Assembly (NCBI GenBank): GCA_965223155.1
Contig: CBDCVR010000013.1
Location: forward strand, 96,001-160,000
DNA: 64,000 nt
Origin: Candidatus Multivoradales bacterium
Lineage (GTDB): Bacteria; Acidobacteriota; Thermoanaerobaculia; Multivoradales; JAHEKO01
Reading direction: 5' to 3'
Below are positions 40,339 to 49,989 of this stretch, in pieces. The translations under genes and the position numbers were made by a program. The notes beneath the pieces are model-generated. The model did not search any database and had not been told where the DNA came from. It was given only the letters and a program-made list of their open reading frames with translations. The first letter of the stretch is position 1. Every line of letters begins with the position of its first letter.

Positions 40339-42144
40339 ATGCAAGGCATTCGAACTCTCCGAGGCCGAGTAGCTCTTGGCGCGATCGTGCTCGTCATGAG
40401 CCTTGCTTGCCGTTCCGAAGCTCCCGAGCTCGTGCTCCAGGTGTTGGACGAGGCGACGGGCGACCCGACGCCGGCGCGCGTCGAGATCGTCGACGCGTCG
40501 GGAACCTCGTTCATCGCCTCGAACGCTCTCAAGGTGGCCGGGGACTGCGGCTGGTACCCGGTGCACAACTGGATCGGATGGTGGGCGCAAGTTCAGATGC
40601 TGCGGGCACTGCGTGCCGAAGTACCGAATCCGTTTACCGGCACCTCGCAGTTCTACGTCCGAGGCTCGGCACATGTCGATCTTCCGAGCGGGACCTATAG
40701 GGTTCGTGCCTTCAAAGGTATCGAGTACCACGTCGTCGAGCGCGAGATCCAGATCGTTGCCGGCAAGTCTCGGACGCTCGAGCTCGTGATGTCGCGCTGG
40801 ATCGATCTACCGGGCGAGAACTGGTACAGCGCCGACGATCATCTGCACATCGCCCGTCCACACCCGCGCTTCGACGAGCGGATCGCAACCTGGATGGAGG
40901 CGGAGGATCTCCACGTGGCAAATCTCCTCCAGATGGGACTCGCCCAGGAGCTGTACATCACCCCGCAGTACGCCTTTGGAGAACGCTCGATTCACCAGGG
41001 GCCGGCGGGCCTGCTCGCCACTGGTCAAGAGAACCCGCGAACCCATGTTCTGGGCCACGCCATCACTCTCGGCGCCGAGCGCTGGCTGGACGCGCCCGAG
41101 ACATACCTTGCCTACGACCGCCTGTGGCAGGCCGCCCACGAAGCCGGGGGCGTGAACGGCTTCGCGCATTGGGGCCTGGGAGGCGCCGACGAAGGCATCG
41201 CCACCTGGGCTCCGGAGCGCCTCCTGGATTTCCTCGAGGTGCTGGGCTTCGGGCTGCCGTACTACGAAATCTGGTACGACCTTCTCAATCTCGGGCTGCG
41301 GGTCGCGCCGACCGCCGGCACGGACTATCCCTGCGGTCCGAGCCTGCCCGGGCGCGAGCGGTTCTACACCCGGGTCGAAGGGCCGCTGTCGTACCGAGCT
41401 TGGGTCGAGGCCGTGCGGGCCGGCAAGACCTTCGTAACCAACGGACCGATGCTCGACCTGCGGCTAGAAGGTGTCGATATCGGCGGAGAGACCGAGATCC
41501 CCGAACCTAGGAATGTCCTCGTTCGGGGACGGGTCCGCTTTGATCCGTCGCGAGATGCGGTGACCCGTCTCGAGCTGGTCCAAGCAGGGAAGGTCGTGGC
41601 TTCTGCCCGGGCCGGTGACAAGACAGGGGAGTTCGCGATCGAGACGTGGCTGCCGATCGACTCCAGTACCTGGATCGCCTTGCGGGCATCGGGAACGAAG
41701 ATCGGAGAGACGCCGGTCGCAGGCATGGAATTCCTGAAACAGGCCCTGACTCATCTTCCGCGGGCTACCGCCGGCGACGTGCTTGGCAGTGCCAGCTTTC
41801 CCAAGAATGGACAGCCCCGAGCTTCCGCGGCCCACACCGCTCCCATCTGGATCACCGTCTCGGGAGGCCCGAGACTCGAGGACCAGGCGCCGGCCCGTGC
41901 CGCCGCTCGCAGGCTCCTTGGTCTCCTGGACGAGCTGGAAGGCCGATTCGAGGACGGTTCGCTGCCGACCATGGCGGGGTTTCCGGGGCGCGGCGATGGC
42001 GTTGGTGAGGAGGGCCTCAGAGCCGGCCGCGCCGCGCTTCTCGAGTCCGTGGCCCGAGCGAGGCGGAACTACCGGGAGCTCCTTGCGGGCGAATCAGGGG
42101 GGGAGTCTGCGGGTGAGATCGGATCGACGCCGGGATCGAGCTGA
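40339..42144 (+). CDS. CehA/McbA-family (PHP-like) metallohydrolase, lipoprotein
   Basis: WYSADDHLH, GFAH, WY.LLN.G......GTD, G.TFVTNGP, AHT.PI; SLAC lipobox. Confidence 0.8.
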   Translation: MQGIRTLRGRVALGAIVLVMSLACRSEAPELVLQVLDEATGDPTPARVEIVDASGTSFIASNALKVAGDCGWYPVHNWIGWWAQVQMLRALRAEVPNPFTGTSQFYVRGSAHVDLPSGTYRVRAFKGIEYHVVEREIQIVAGKSRTLELVMSRWIDLPGENWYSADDHLHIARPHPRFDERIATWMEAEDLHVANLLQMGLAQELYITPQYAFGERSIHQGPAGLLATGQENPRTHVLGHAITLGAERWLDAPETYLAYDRLWQAAHEAGGVNGFAHWGLGGADEGIATWAPERLLDFLEVLGFGLPYYEIWYDLLNLGLRVAPTAGTDYPCGPSLPGRERFYTRVEGPLSYRAWVEAVRAGKTFVTNGPMLDLRLEGVDIGGETEIPEPRNVLVRGRVRFDPSRDAVTRLELVQAGKVVASARAGDKTGEFAIETWLPIDSSTWIALRASGTKIGETPVAGMEFLKQALTHLPRATAGDVLGSASFPKNGQPRASAAHTAPIWITVSGGPRLEDQAPARAAARRLLGLLDELEGRFEDGSLPTMAGFPGRGDGVGEEGLRAGRAALLESVARARRNYRELLAGESGGESAGEIGSTPGSS

Positions 42145-42304
42145 GGGTGGGCCGGGAGCCGACGCCCTGCGAACACCGAGCCGTGCACCACGCGGGCGCT
42201 GCGCTCAGGTAGCCCTCGGGCCGCGCCTTTCAAACCCGCTCATCGTCGAGCTGACCGCATTCGAGTCTCTGAGAACAGCCGTTGGCTGAGTCTCGGAGGC
42301 CGTC

Positions 42305-43168
42305 ATTTCGCGTCAGAGCGTCGAAGCCCGACTACTCCAAGAGTCACTCCTCATCGAGGCCGAAGAGGCCCGCAAAGCGGGCGCTGTGGGCTTCATGGCG
42401 CGGTTGCTGGTACAGACCGGACTGCCACACAGCCGTTGCGATTCGCTCTCGTTCGTTCGCACCAACGGCTCGCTCCAGGTGTCGATCTCGGCGCACCCGT
42501 TGCTCGGGTTGCCCTACGGCCGCTATCCGCGACTCCTGATGGCTTGGGTCACGACCGAGGCGGTGCGCACCAAAGAGCCGGTCCTGAAGCTTGGGCCATC
42601 GCTATCCGCTTTCATGGCCGATCTGGGACTGCTGCCGCGCGGTGGCCACCACGGACCGATCGGCCGGCTCCGCGAGCAGATGCAGCGGCTCTTCTCGGCG
42701 ACGATCGCGTTCACCTGGGACCAGCCCGAGCAAGGAGAGTGGCACGACGCCGGCTTCCGGGTCGCCAAGGAGACGCACCTCTGGTGGAACCCGGCGCGAT
42801 CTGACCAGGCCGTCTCCTGGCGCTCTGAGGTTCGCTTGAGCCCGGGCTTCTTCGAGGCGGTCTGCCGGAAGCCGGTGCCCATCGATCTGCGCGTCCTGAA
42901 GGCCCTCAGAGGCCCGATGGCCCTCGACCTGTACTGCTGGCTCACCTACCGCAACAGCTACCTCGCCAAGCCGACTCGCGTGCCTTGGCCGGCGCTCCAG
43001 GCGCAGTTCGGAGCGGACTACGACGACCGGCGCAACTTCAAGCGGAAGTTCCTCGCCGCCATGCGCCAGGTCCTCGTGCTCTACCCCTCAGCGCGAGTCG
43101 AACAGGTTCGCGGCGGCCTGCTCCTCAAGCCATCACCCAGCCACGTGAAAGGGCAGCTCGAGGCATGA
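42305..43168 (+). CDS. repA: Plasmid replication initiator RepA (RepA_C-like)
   Basis: IEAEEARKAGAVGFMAR.LVQ..LPH, GLPYG.YPRLL..W..TEA, L.EQM.RLF, PVP.DL, ALDLY.WLTYR, W..L..QFG; start either ATT 42305 or GTG 42386. Confidence 0.85.
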   Translation: MSRQSVEARLLQESLLIEAEEARKAGAVGFMARLLVQTGLPHSRCDSLSFVRTNGSLQVSISAHPLLGLPYGRYPRLLMAWVTTEAVRTKEPVLKLGPSLSAFMADLGLLPRGGHHGPIGRLREQMQRLFSATIAFTWDQPEQGEWHDAGFRVAKETHLWWNPARSDQAVSWRSEVRLSPGFFEAVCRKPVPIDLRVLKALRGPMALDLYCWLTYRNSYLAKPTRVPWPALQAQFGADYDDRRNFKRKFLAAMRQVLVLYPSARVEQVRGGLLLKPSPSHVKGQLEA

Positions 43169-43190
43169 GCGTGTCTGCGGAAAGCGCCCG

Positions 43191-43272
43191 TTTTCCACAC
43201 ATAACGGGTACCCCTCGCCACGCATAAACGGTACCCCTTTGGCCGGCCGACCTACGCATAAACGGTACTCCC
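43191..43272 (+). repeat. Putative oriV: DnaA box and three iterons
   Basis: TTTTCCACA (43191), then CACATAACGGGTACCCCT (43198), CGCATAAACGGTACCCCT (43221) and CGCATAAACGGTACTCCC (43255), directly after repA. Confidence 0.7.
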
Positions 43273-43657
43273 ATCCCTGTAGTGGTTCCTGTAGATCCCA
43301 TCCAGTAGGAGTAGCCGGTGTCGCTGTGGAAGGTGCCCACCCGAGCCCCCAACCTGGAAATCCCGCGAGGATTCCCACACCTCCCACAACGACCGGCGAC
43401 GGCGGCTAGAGAGGTGCAGAGCGATTCGAGTTGAAGGCGCCGGGTACCGAGCTCTGGTGAATCGAGCGAGATGGACTGTGCTCTGGCGGGAGAGCAACAG
43501 TGGAGCTTGGCTCAGGTATGAGTTATCCGAGACGAGGAGTCGCACCCTGGAAACGGGAAGCGCGGAGAGTGATCGGCTGTGCAAGGCGGTAGGCCTCCGA
43601 TCACGAGCGGGATGAGTGATCAGAGGCGAGCTGTCCCGTGCGTCGTTGAGAATCTGG

Positions 43658-43724
43658 GAGCAAGCAAGTCGCTCGAGGATCCGAATGTCAGACATTCGGC
43701 CCCCCGAGCGAGGCTTGCCCCGCT
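43658..43724 (+). promoter_or_regulatory. Putative oriT
   Basis: CCGAATGTC-A-GACATTCGG perfect inverted repeat inside GCAAGTCGCTCG/CGAGCGAGGCTTGC arms, ending in GCTTG^CC (MOBP nic-like), ~100 bp upstream of mobC. Confidence 0.55.
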
Positions 43725-43823
43725 CCTCGCCGGCGCTGCCGGCTACGGTCTCGCACCCTGCGGGCGCTCGGAGCGGGAGAGAAGAGAGTCGTCTTCGCGT
43801 TCTCGACTTGCCGGGAGCGCTCC

Positions 43824-44300
43824 GTGAAGCCTGACGGCGGGCCGCGGACCATCCGCTCGACCATTCGCTGGTCCGAGGCCGAGTGGCGACAGGTCGCCTT
43901 CCAGGCTCGGCGCTGGGGTTTGAAGCCATCGAGCTACATCCGGCTTCGGGCACTGAAGGACCCGCCGGTGGCGCCGCGGGCCGCGCGAGCGGCCCGGGTT
44001 CGGTATGCCGAGCCGCGCTCAGTCGGGAAGCTCATCCGCTTCCACCCGAAGGAGTGGGCGCGGATCGAGCGGATGGCGAAGACCTTGAAGTTGCCGCCAA
44101 TCCGGTTCGTGCGGGAGGCGGCCGTGGGCTACCGGGTCTCGACCCGGGTCAACGAGGAGGCGATCCGCCAGCTGGCCCGGCTGGGGAACAACTTGAACCA
44201 GATGGCGCGGGTGGCGAACTCAGCGCGCCAGGTCGAGCACGGCGAGGCCCTCTTCGGGGTGCTGCAGGACATCCGGGCCACTCTCGACCGGCTCCTATGA
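43824..44300 (+). CDS. mobC: Relaxosome protein MobC with tandem RHH-like repeats
   Basis: QLARLGNNLNQMARVAN signature; ATGA overlap with the relaxase. Confidence 0.9.
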   Translation: MKPDGGPRTIRSTIRWSEAEWRQVAFQARRWGLKPSSYIRLRALKDPPVAPRAARAARVRYAEPRSVGKLIRFHPKEWARIERMAKTLKLPPIRFVREAAVGYRVSTRVNEEAIRQLARLGNNLNQMARVANSARQVEHGEALFGVLQDIRATLDRLL

Positions 44301-45748
44301 TTGGCAGCCGTCCGAGTCTCGGGAGCGGCTTCCGAGGGCTCCAGCAGTACCTTCTCCACGGCCGCAACGGGGCATCGCCCGAGCGCTCGGTGTGGACCTC
44401 GACGCGGAACCTGCCCGGGGAGCCGGAGCAGAGCGCAGGGATCATGCGGGCGACTGCGAACGAGTCGCACCGAGTCGAAAAGCCCGTCTATCACCTCTCG
44501 GTCTCGATGGCGCCCGGGGAGGAACTCGGGCGAGAGGAGCTCGAGCGGGTCGCCGACCGGCTGCTCGAGGATCTAGGGCTCGAGGGACACCAGGTGCTTC
44601 TGGCCGAGCATGCGGATGGCGTCCAGCAGCACATTCATCTCATGGTCAACCGGGTGCATCCGGAGACGGGGCGGGCCTGGAGCGCCTGGCGGGACTATGA
44701 GCGGATCGAGGGGTCGCTCCGAGGGCAGGAGCGGGAACTGGGCTTGCGGCTGGTGCCCGGGCGGCATGCGCCGGTGCCGGGCCTAGAACGCTCGATTGGG
44801 ACCCGGCTGGGGGTGGGTGGATTCACGGAGGAGGCCCGGGAGCTTGCGGGCGACGCCTTCAGGACGGCGAAGAGCTGGCAGGAGCTTCACGCTTCGCTTT
44901 CGGGGAGAGGTTTGACGCTCCAGCCGTCCCGGTCGGGGCGGGGGCTGGTCGTGACCGATGGGCGGCGGTACGCGGCAGCTTCCAAGGTGGCGCGGGAGGC
45001 GAGCCGATGGAAGCTCGAGGCGAAGCTCGGGCCCTATCAGGGTCCTTCTCGCGATCTTGGGAGGATCCGAGAGATCGCGCGAGCCCTCGACCATCGAGGC
45101 AAGCTCGAAGCGAAGCGGACTCGCTGGCAGAGTTCCCTGCGCGATCTGGGGGAGAAGCTCGCCGATCACAAGCGGGCAGCCGAGGGGCTCGCCCGTGCTT
45201 CGGGCGACCTCGACCGAGTCCTGGGAGGCGTCTACCGCGACCCCGCAGCCGCTCGGCAGAAGATCGAGCGGGTTCTCGAGCACCACGGCAAGAGCACGAC
45301 ACTCGAGTCCCTACGAGCCCCCGGACAGTACGGAAAACTCCTCGGTCGTCCAGCGTCGCGGACTCGGCGGCAGGCGCGCCAGGCGATCCGAGAGCGGCTG
45401 CCCGAGGCGATTGGAAACTACGCCCAGGCCATGCGGGTCGAGCGCGCCAAGCTCGAGCGCCTCACTCCATATCGTAGGAATCCGAAGAGCCCGATCCGCG
45501 AAGCTGCTGGCCGCGCCCAGAGGGTCCTCCGGCGAGCTCTCGGACGCCTCGAAAAGATCGACCGGGGCATCGAGCCACGCAAGCAGCTCGAGAGGCAGGC
45601 GGCCTCGATCGTCAAACGACTCGGCTGGGCGGCCGTCCAGCGACTCGTGCCGGGCCCGAGTTACCAAATGCTTCGGGTGGCAGTGTCGCTTGCCAACGCT
45701 CCGGCCCGTCTGATCGGCCATGGGATGACTAGGGGCTTAGATCGTTGA
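44297..45748 (+). CDS. Relaxase (MOBP-like)
   Basis: GFRGLQQY (motif I Tyr), PVYHLSVS..PGE, H.D....HIHLMVNRVHP (3H motif); start ATG 44297. Confidence 0.92.
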   Translation: MIGSRPSLGSGFRGLQQYLLHGRNGASPERSVWTSTRNLPGEPEQSAGIMRATANESHRVEKPVYHLSVSMAPGEELGREELERVADRLLEDLGLEGHQVLLAEHADGVQQHIHLMVNRVHPETGRAWSAWRDYERIEGSLRGQERELGLRLVPGRHAPVPGLERSIGTRLGVGGFTEEARELAGDAFRTAKSWQELHASLSGRGLTLQPSRSGRGLVVTDGRRYAAASKVAREASRWKLEAKLGPYQGPSRDLGRIREIARALDHRGKLEAKRTRWQSSLRDLGEKLADHKRAAEGLARASGDLDRVLGGVYRDPAAARQKIERVLEHHGKSTTLESLRAPGQYGKLLGRPASRTRRQARQAIRERLPEAIGNYAQAMRVERAKLERLTPYRRNPKSPIREAAGRAQRVLRRALGRLEKIDRGIEPRKQLERQAASIVKRLGWAAVQRLVPGPSYQMLRVAVSLANAPARLIGHGMTRGLDR

Positions 45749-45982
45749 TTGAACCCTGACTACTCGTGAAAACCGGCAGAGCAAATAGCTCTCGCGGGTT
45801 CGAGTACTGCCGACTCCACTGCATGCGTCGACTCTACAGATGTCCGTCGCGACAGGCTCGTACCGGTCTCCGCGCCCTCGTCTGGCGAACCAGCGCTCCA
45901 GTAGCACCAGATGCGACGCGCCGCACTGCGTGGTTGTGGCAACACGGTTTCGGTGATCCGGAAAGGCCGCTAGTAGAATCCG

Positions 45983-47149
45983 TTGCTGCAGATGAGACGC
46001 TTGGTAGACAGCTCCTATTTAATGGCCGTCGAGCGGTGTTTAGAAGGGCAGGCTGTGTCCATGACGGACGTCGAGACGCTAGTCCGCTTCGTAGGAGAGG
46101 TCCTCGTTGCGGACGTGCTCCTCCATACCGCCGACGAGACTGGGCCCGTGTACGAGGCGGTGATGGACGCGGCGAGCAGGATAAACACGCTCGGCGGAGA
46201 TGCTCGGTTGCTGCACCACTTTTCTCACGGATCCGTGAACTACCCGCAGATCTGCCAACGGGCTGCTGAACTGTTCGCGACGGAGCTTCGGTTCATTCGC
46301 GCAGACTCGCTAGTGGAACCGGTCGCAGGCTTTGAGCCTCGATTTGCAGGTGGAATAGCGAATCCAGATGTCTCATTGGTGGAGATACTCGAAGACATCA
46401 GATTGGGGCGACTGCCCCAGGAGCCTTTACTTCTTACTCCAACTACGGCGCCGCTGTCGATTGTGTCCAACTTGGCAGTCCAAGAGGGCTTGGTGGAGCT
46501 GCTCGAGAGAGGGTTTCAAGTTACCGACGCCAACGCTCTGGCGCTGGCCGCAACCATGCGGATGGTCGTGTACACGCTAATGGGACAACATCTGACCGCT
46601 GATTACCTCCCTGCGACCGCTCGGGCAAGGCTCCATACCCTCCCGGAGCGGCCTGAGCATCCGGATACGGCTGATCTGGTCGCTCAAGGTATGAGCGGCA
46701 TCAAGAGAGTCCGAGAGGCGCCCATTTCAAGGGTGATCGACGCAGCCGTAGGACTTGCAGAGGGCAGCCCCGAAGAACTGCTGCGGCTAGCGTTCGAGCT
46801 ACGGCAAGCTACCTCTGATTGTCGCCCGTTCTTCAGATCGGGGATTCCTAGGGATGGTTGCCTGGAAAAGGACAACCGCATGGCGAGGCAGTTGGAGGAG
46901 GCGTTAGCAGTCAGATTGCACGAGAATGACGCTCCATCCCTCCTTCGGAGTCTCGAGCCCAGAATCTTTCTAATAGGCCCGGTCCCAGGTATTCTGCTGA
47001 AACTCGAGCGCCTTGGAGAATGGCTTCAGTGGAAGGTCCGAGACCGACAGGCAACCGCAGTTGCGGACTTCATTGGGAGGGCCCGCAAGCGTGACACTCG
47101 TACGGCATACGAGCGCCTAGCGATCGGAGCCGGAGTTGCGCGGAGATGA
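45983..47149 (+). CDS. Hypothetical protein (~385 aa)
   Basis: Long lower-GC ORF with ATGA overlap to the next gene; no family recognised; start TTG 45983 or ATG 45992. Confidence 0.7.
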   Translation: MLQMRRLVDSSYLMAVERCLEGQAVSMTDVETLVRFVGEVLVADVLLHTADETGPVYEAVMDAASRINTLGGDARLLHHFSHGSVNYPQICQRAAELFATELRFIRADSLVEPVAGFEPRFAGGIANPDVSLVEILEDIRLGRLPQEPLLLTPTTAPLSIVSNLAVQEGLVELLERGFQVTDANALALAATMRMVVYTLMGQHLTADYLPATARARLHTLPERPEHPDTADLVAQGMSGIKRVREAPISRVIDAAVGLAEGSPEELLRLAFELRQATSDCRPFFRSGIPRDGCLEKDNRMARQLEEALAVRLHENDAPSLLRSLEPRIFLIGPVPGILLKLERLGEWLQWKVRDRQATAVADFIGRARKRDTRTAYERLAIGAGVARR

Positions 47150-47670
47150 GTTGTATCGCACTGGTCTATGGACTTCCCGGAGTGGGAAAGACGACGGTAT
47201 GCCGGGAGATCGAAGCGCAAACTAGAGCCGATTACTGCTGTGTTGATGAGCTGTGGGCAACACTTCTTAGGAACCCCACGTATTCGGCGACTGAGAGCTC
47301 CCAGGTCTTTCAGGAGCTGTTACGACGGCTCGAGCTCAAGATGTCGGCGGGCGCCAATCTGATACTTGCAGAGGGTGTCTTTGCTTCTGCGAGCCGGGTA
47401 CACGAGGTAAGAGATACTGCGGCTAACACTGGATATCGTCTTCGGTGCTATTTGCTGACGTGTAATCGCGAAAGTACCCTAGAGAGACTCAGCGAGCGAG
47501 AAAGCGATTCCCCGAGCGCGCAGAAACAGATGCACGAACTCTGGCACTTCCTTTCAGAGAAGATGAACAGTAAGTGCGAGGCAGATCTGCAGATTGCCAC
47601 CGACATGTTAAGCCCGAGCGAAGCCGCGTCGAGAGTGTGCAGGGACCTGGTTAAATACCTGCAGTGCTGA
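47146..47670 (+). CDS. P-loop kinase (AAA_33-like)
   Basis: YGLPGVGKTT Walker A, EGVF, lid motif R...R. Confidence 0.8.
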   Translation: MSCIALVYGLPGVGKTTVCREIEAQTRADYCCVDELWATLLRNPTYSATESSQVFQELLRRLELKMSAGANLILAEGVFASASRVHEVRDTAANTGYRLRCYLLTCNRESTLERLSERESDSPSAQKQMHELWHFLSEKMNSKCEADLQIATDMLSPSEAASRVCRDLVKYLQC

Positions 47671-48427
47671 AGTCAAAAACTGATTGAGCAAGCTCGTGGA
47701 GGTCGATCCCGGTCTTCTTTTGGACGCCGAGTTTCTCTGCGTCCTCAGCAGCTTTCTCGTACGCAAGCGGATCTCCAAGGTAGAGATGCCGGCACAAGAT
47801 CATCTTTCGCATGGCCTTTAGTCGATAGGCGGATGGCACAGAGCTCCTGGCCAGTTTCAGCATGATCTGGTTCCAAGTGTGGAGATCTTCAGGTGATGGG
47901 TCCGGCCTCACTTGTAGACTCTCATAGGGAACGCCGAGGATCGGTCTGTTCTTGGTCAAAAAAGCGAGTGTATGAAAAGGGAGTGCCGAGGCCATTTCAT
48001 CGAGGTCAGCGGTTGCGAGAGGTCCGCAGACGTGAAGAACCAACAATGGTCTTCGGGGCGGGAGGTCACTTGTAATTGGGCCAAACGAGTACTCGACAAA
48101 GACATTAGCTGGACGAATGCGGCTATCGATCGAGTCCACTGCTGAACGCATCACTGCTTTGAAAGAAGGAGCTGTAGAGTCGAATGCGCCGGAGTGCGGT
48201 CGCCCCTCAGCGATGGCTGCCCTCAGCTCAAGGAACTTTCCGGCGAAGAAGGGTGCGCGCGCTTGAAGGTCGACAAAAAGAAGGTCGAGGTCTTCATACT
48301 CTGTGGAAGGTCCGAGTAGCGAGCTGCCAAGCTGGTACCCAGAGAGGGTGGATTCATGCTGTTCGGCGCTTCTGGCGATTGCCTTCAGAATTGCCGGTAC
48401 GGCTTTGTGGAGAGAGTGATCGACCAT
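47651..48427 (-). CDS. Pol-beta-like nucleotidyltransferase-domain protein
   Basis: LGSS(x8)DLDLLFV fits hG[GS]...DhDh. Confidence 0.6.
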   Translation of the reverse strand: MVDHSLHKAVPAILKAIARSAEQHESTLSGYQLGSSLLGPSTEYEDLDLLFVDLQARAPFFAGKFLELRAAIAEGRPHSGAFDSTAPSFKAVMRSAVDSIDSRIRPANVFVEYSFGPITSDLPPRRPLLVLHVCGPLATADLDEMASALPFHTLAFLTKNRPILGVPYESLQVRPDPSPEDLHTWNQIMLKLARSSVPSAYRLKAMRKMILCRHLYLGDPLAYEKAAEDAEKLGVQKKTGIDLHELAQSVFDFSTAGI

Positions 48428-48431
48428 TGGA

Positions 48432-49076
48432 CTAGATCTTGATCGCGAGGTTGAGGCCGTCGCGCACCGGCAAAAGGGTAACGAGGAAACCGGGGTCGGC
48501 GGCTAGGCGCTTATTAAAGAGGTCAGTAGCCACCTCCCATCCTCTTTCCGGCTTGAGCACAGCCCCGCGCAAGAGAGCATTGTCGACAACAAGCACGCCG
48601 CCACTTGTGAGAGCGTTCGCTATGACCTCGTAGCAGTCGTGAATTCCGTCCTTTCTCGCGTCAAGAAGGACAAAGTCAAATTGGCGAGAGGTACGTGCTA
48701 ACCAGGAGAAGCCGTCGTCACAGACGAAGTGAGCCGCGACCTTTCGCGGAAGCGGGCGGATAGCCTTGCGCGCTGCATCTAGGTGTTCTTTCGATGTGTC
48801 GAGGCTGGTCAGCGTCGCTCCTGGGAGAAGTTCCTCGAGAATCATGGCTGTGGCGTAGCCAGTGAAGCAACCGATCTCTAGAACCTCGCGAGGCGCAGTC
48901 AAACGAACCAGCACCCTCAGGAGGGTGCCCACCGGCGTGCCCAGAATCCAATGCGTGGTGTCGAAACTTCGAGACTCCGCGCGGGCTCGACGCGCGGCTT
49001 CAGGTTCGCCACTGCAATGCCTCGCGCAGTAATCCAGCATGTTCGGACGAGGCAAGTTGAAGTCTCCCATCGACAC
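48432..49076 (-). CDS. O-methyltransferase (CCoAOMT-like)
   Basis: LEIGCFTGY, FDFVLLDA.K, GGVLVVDN.L..G.V, LLPVRDGL. Confidence 0.9.
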   Translation of the reverse strand: MSMGDFNLPRPNMLDYCARHCSGEPEAARRARAESRSFDTTHWILGTPVGTLLRVLVRLTAPREVLEIGCFTGYATAMILEELLPGATLTSLDTSKEHLDAARKAIRPLPRKVAAHFVCDDGFSWLARTSRQFDFVLLDARKDGIHDCYEVIANALTSGGVLVVDNALLRGAVLKPERGWEVATDLFNKRLAADPGFLVTLLPVRDGLNLAIKI

Positions 49077-49978
49077 TAGGAGTCGACACCGCGGAAGGCA
49101 GGCACAAAGACTTGTAGGAGAAAATCTTCAAGGGATGTGCTTGTGGTGTTTGACGGTGCCCTCTCCTCAAGGTGAGAGATGTGCCCAGTGTTGAACCCAT
49201 CGTACATTTCAAGAAGAAGGTCAGCGCTCTTTCTCGACATTCCGTGACTCACCATCCCCGATATGGCTTCATCTGGGGAGAACTGTCTATAGGTGAGATC
49301 AGGCAGCTCCAGGGCCACGGAGATAGCGTTAGCCACCTCGGCCATGGTGTAGCTTCTTGGGCCTTGAAGCTCGGCAATGTGATGCCCGTCAAACGAAGGT
49401 TCTGACAGAAGGTCGCTCGCAAAGTCCGCGATGTCCCGAGTCGCGATCATTGGAAGAGAGAGCGTTGGCCTGAGAAGACCTCCCATGGAGCCCTGGCTGC
49501 GGATGAGTCCTAGTGAGTGAAGGGTGTTCTCCATGAAAAAAGCCGGTCGGAGGGTCGTGAGATTGCGATCCGCAAGCGATGAGAGTTCTTGCTCGAAGTT
49601 GTGAAGACCTACGATAGGCCCTGTGCCTGATTGTCTGTCGGCGCCAACACTGCTCAGACTCACAATGTGGTCAACCGAGGACTCCTTGAGGGCAGCGATT
49701 TGGCATTCTATGAATTGCGCCTGTAGTGCAGGGTAGTCGCCGCTCATATCGGGGGGGAGCATCGTGAACGCAGCCTGTGCACCGGCAAACGCCTCTGAGA
49801 CGAATCGACTGTCAGCCAACTCACCTACTGCCGGCTCGGCTCCGACGGCTGAAAGTGCAGCGGCAGCCTCGGTAGAGCGGGTAATGGCGCGGCATTGGAC
49901 ACCGCGAGCTAAGAGGTTCTTCAGTAGCTTGCTTCCTATCTGTCCGGTTGAACCGACGACGACCACTTTCTGACCCAT
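49076..49978 (-). CDS. NmrA-like NAD(P)H-binding protein
   Basis: GSTGQIG Rossmann motif, LSSVGA, LRPAFFMEN, IATRDIA, GPRSYT. Confidence 0.9.
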   Translation of the reverse strand: MGQKVVVVGSTGQIGSKLLKNLLARGVQCRAITRSTEAAAALSAVGAEPAVGELADSRFVSEAFAGAQAAFTMLPPDMSGDYPALQAQFIECQIAALKESSVDHIVSLSSVGADRQSGTGPIVGLHNFEQELSSLADRNLTTLRPAFFMENTLHSLGLIRSQGSMGGLLRPTLSLPMIATRDIADFASDLLSEPSFDGHHIAELQGPRSYTMAEVANAISVALELPDLTYRQFSPDEAISGMVSHGMSRKSADLLLEMYDGFNTGHISHLEERAPSNTTSTSLEDFLLQVFVPAFRGVDS

Positions 49979-49989
49979 GTCTAGGCCTC

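Noticed and set aside
42245-42290. tRNA gene suggested by the TTCGAG T-loop-like sequence
   Set aside because: No cloverleaf can be built; treated as an att half-site.
43198-43272. CRISPR array
   Set aside because: Only three 18-bp repeats with 5- and 16-bp gaps and no cas genes; fits iterons.
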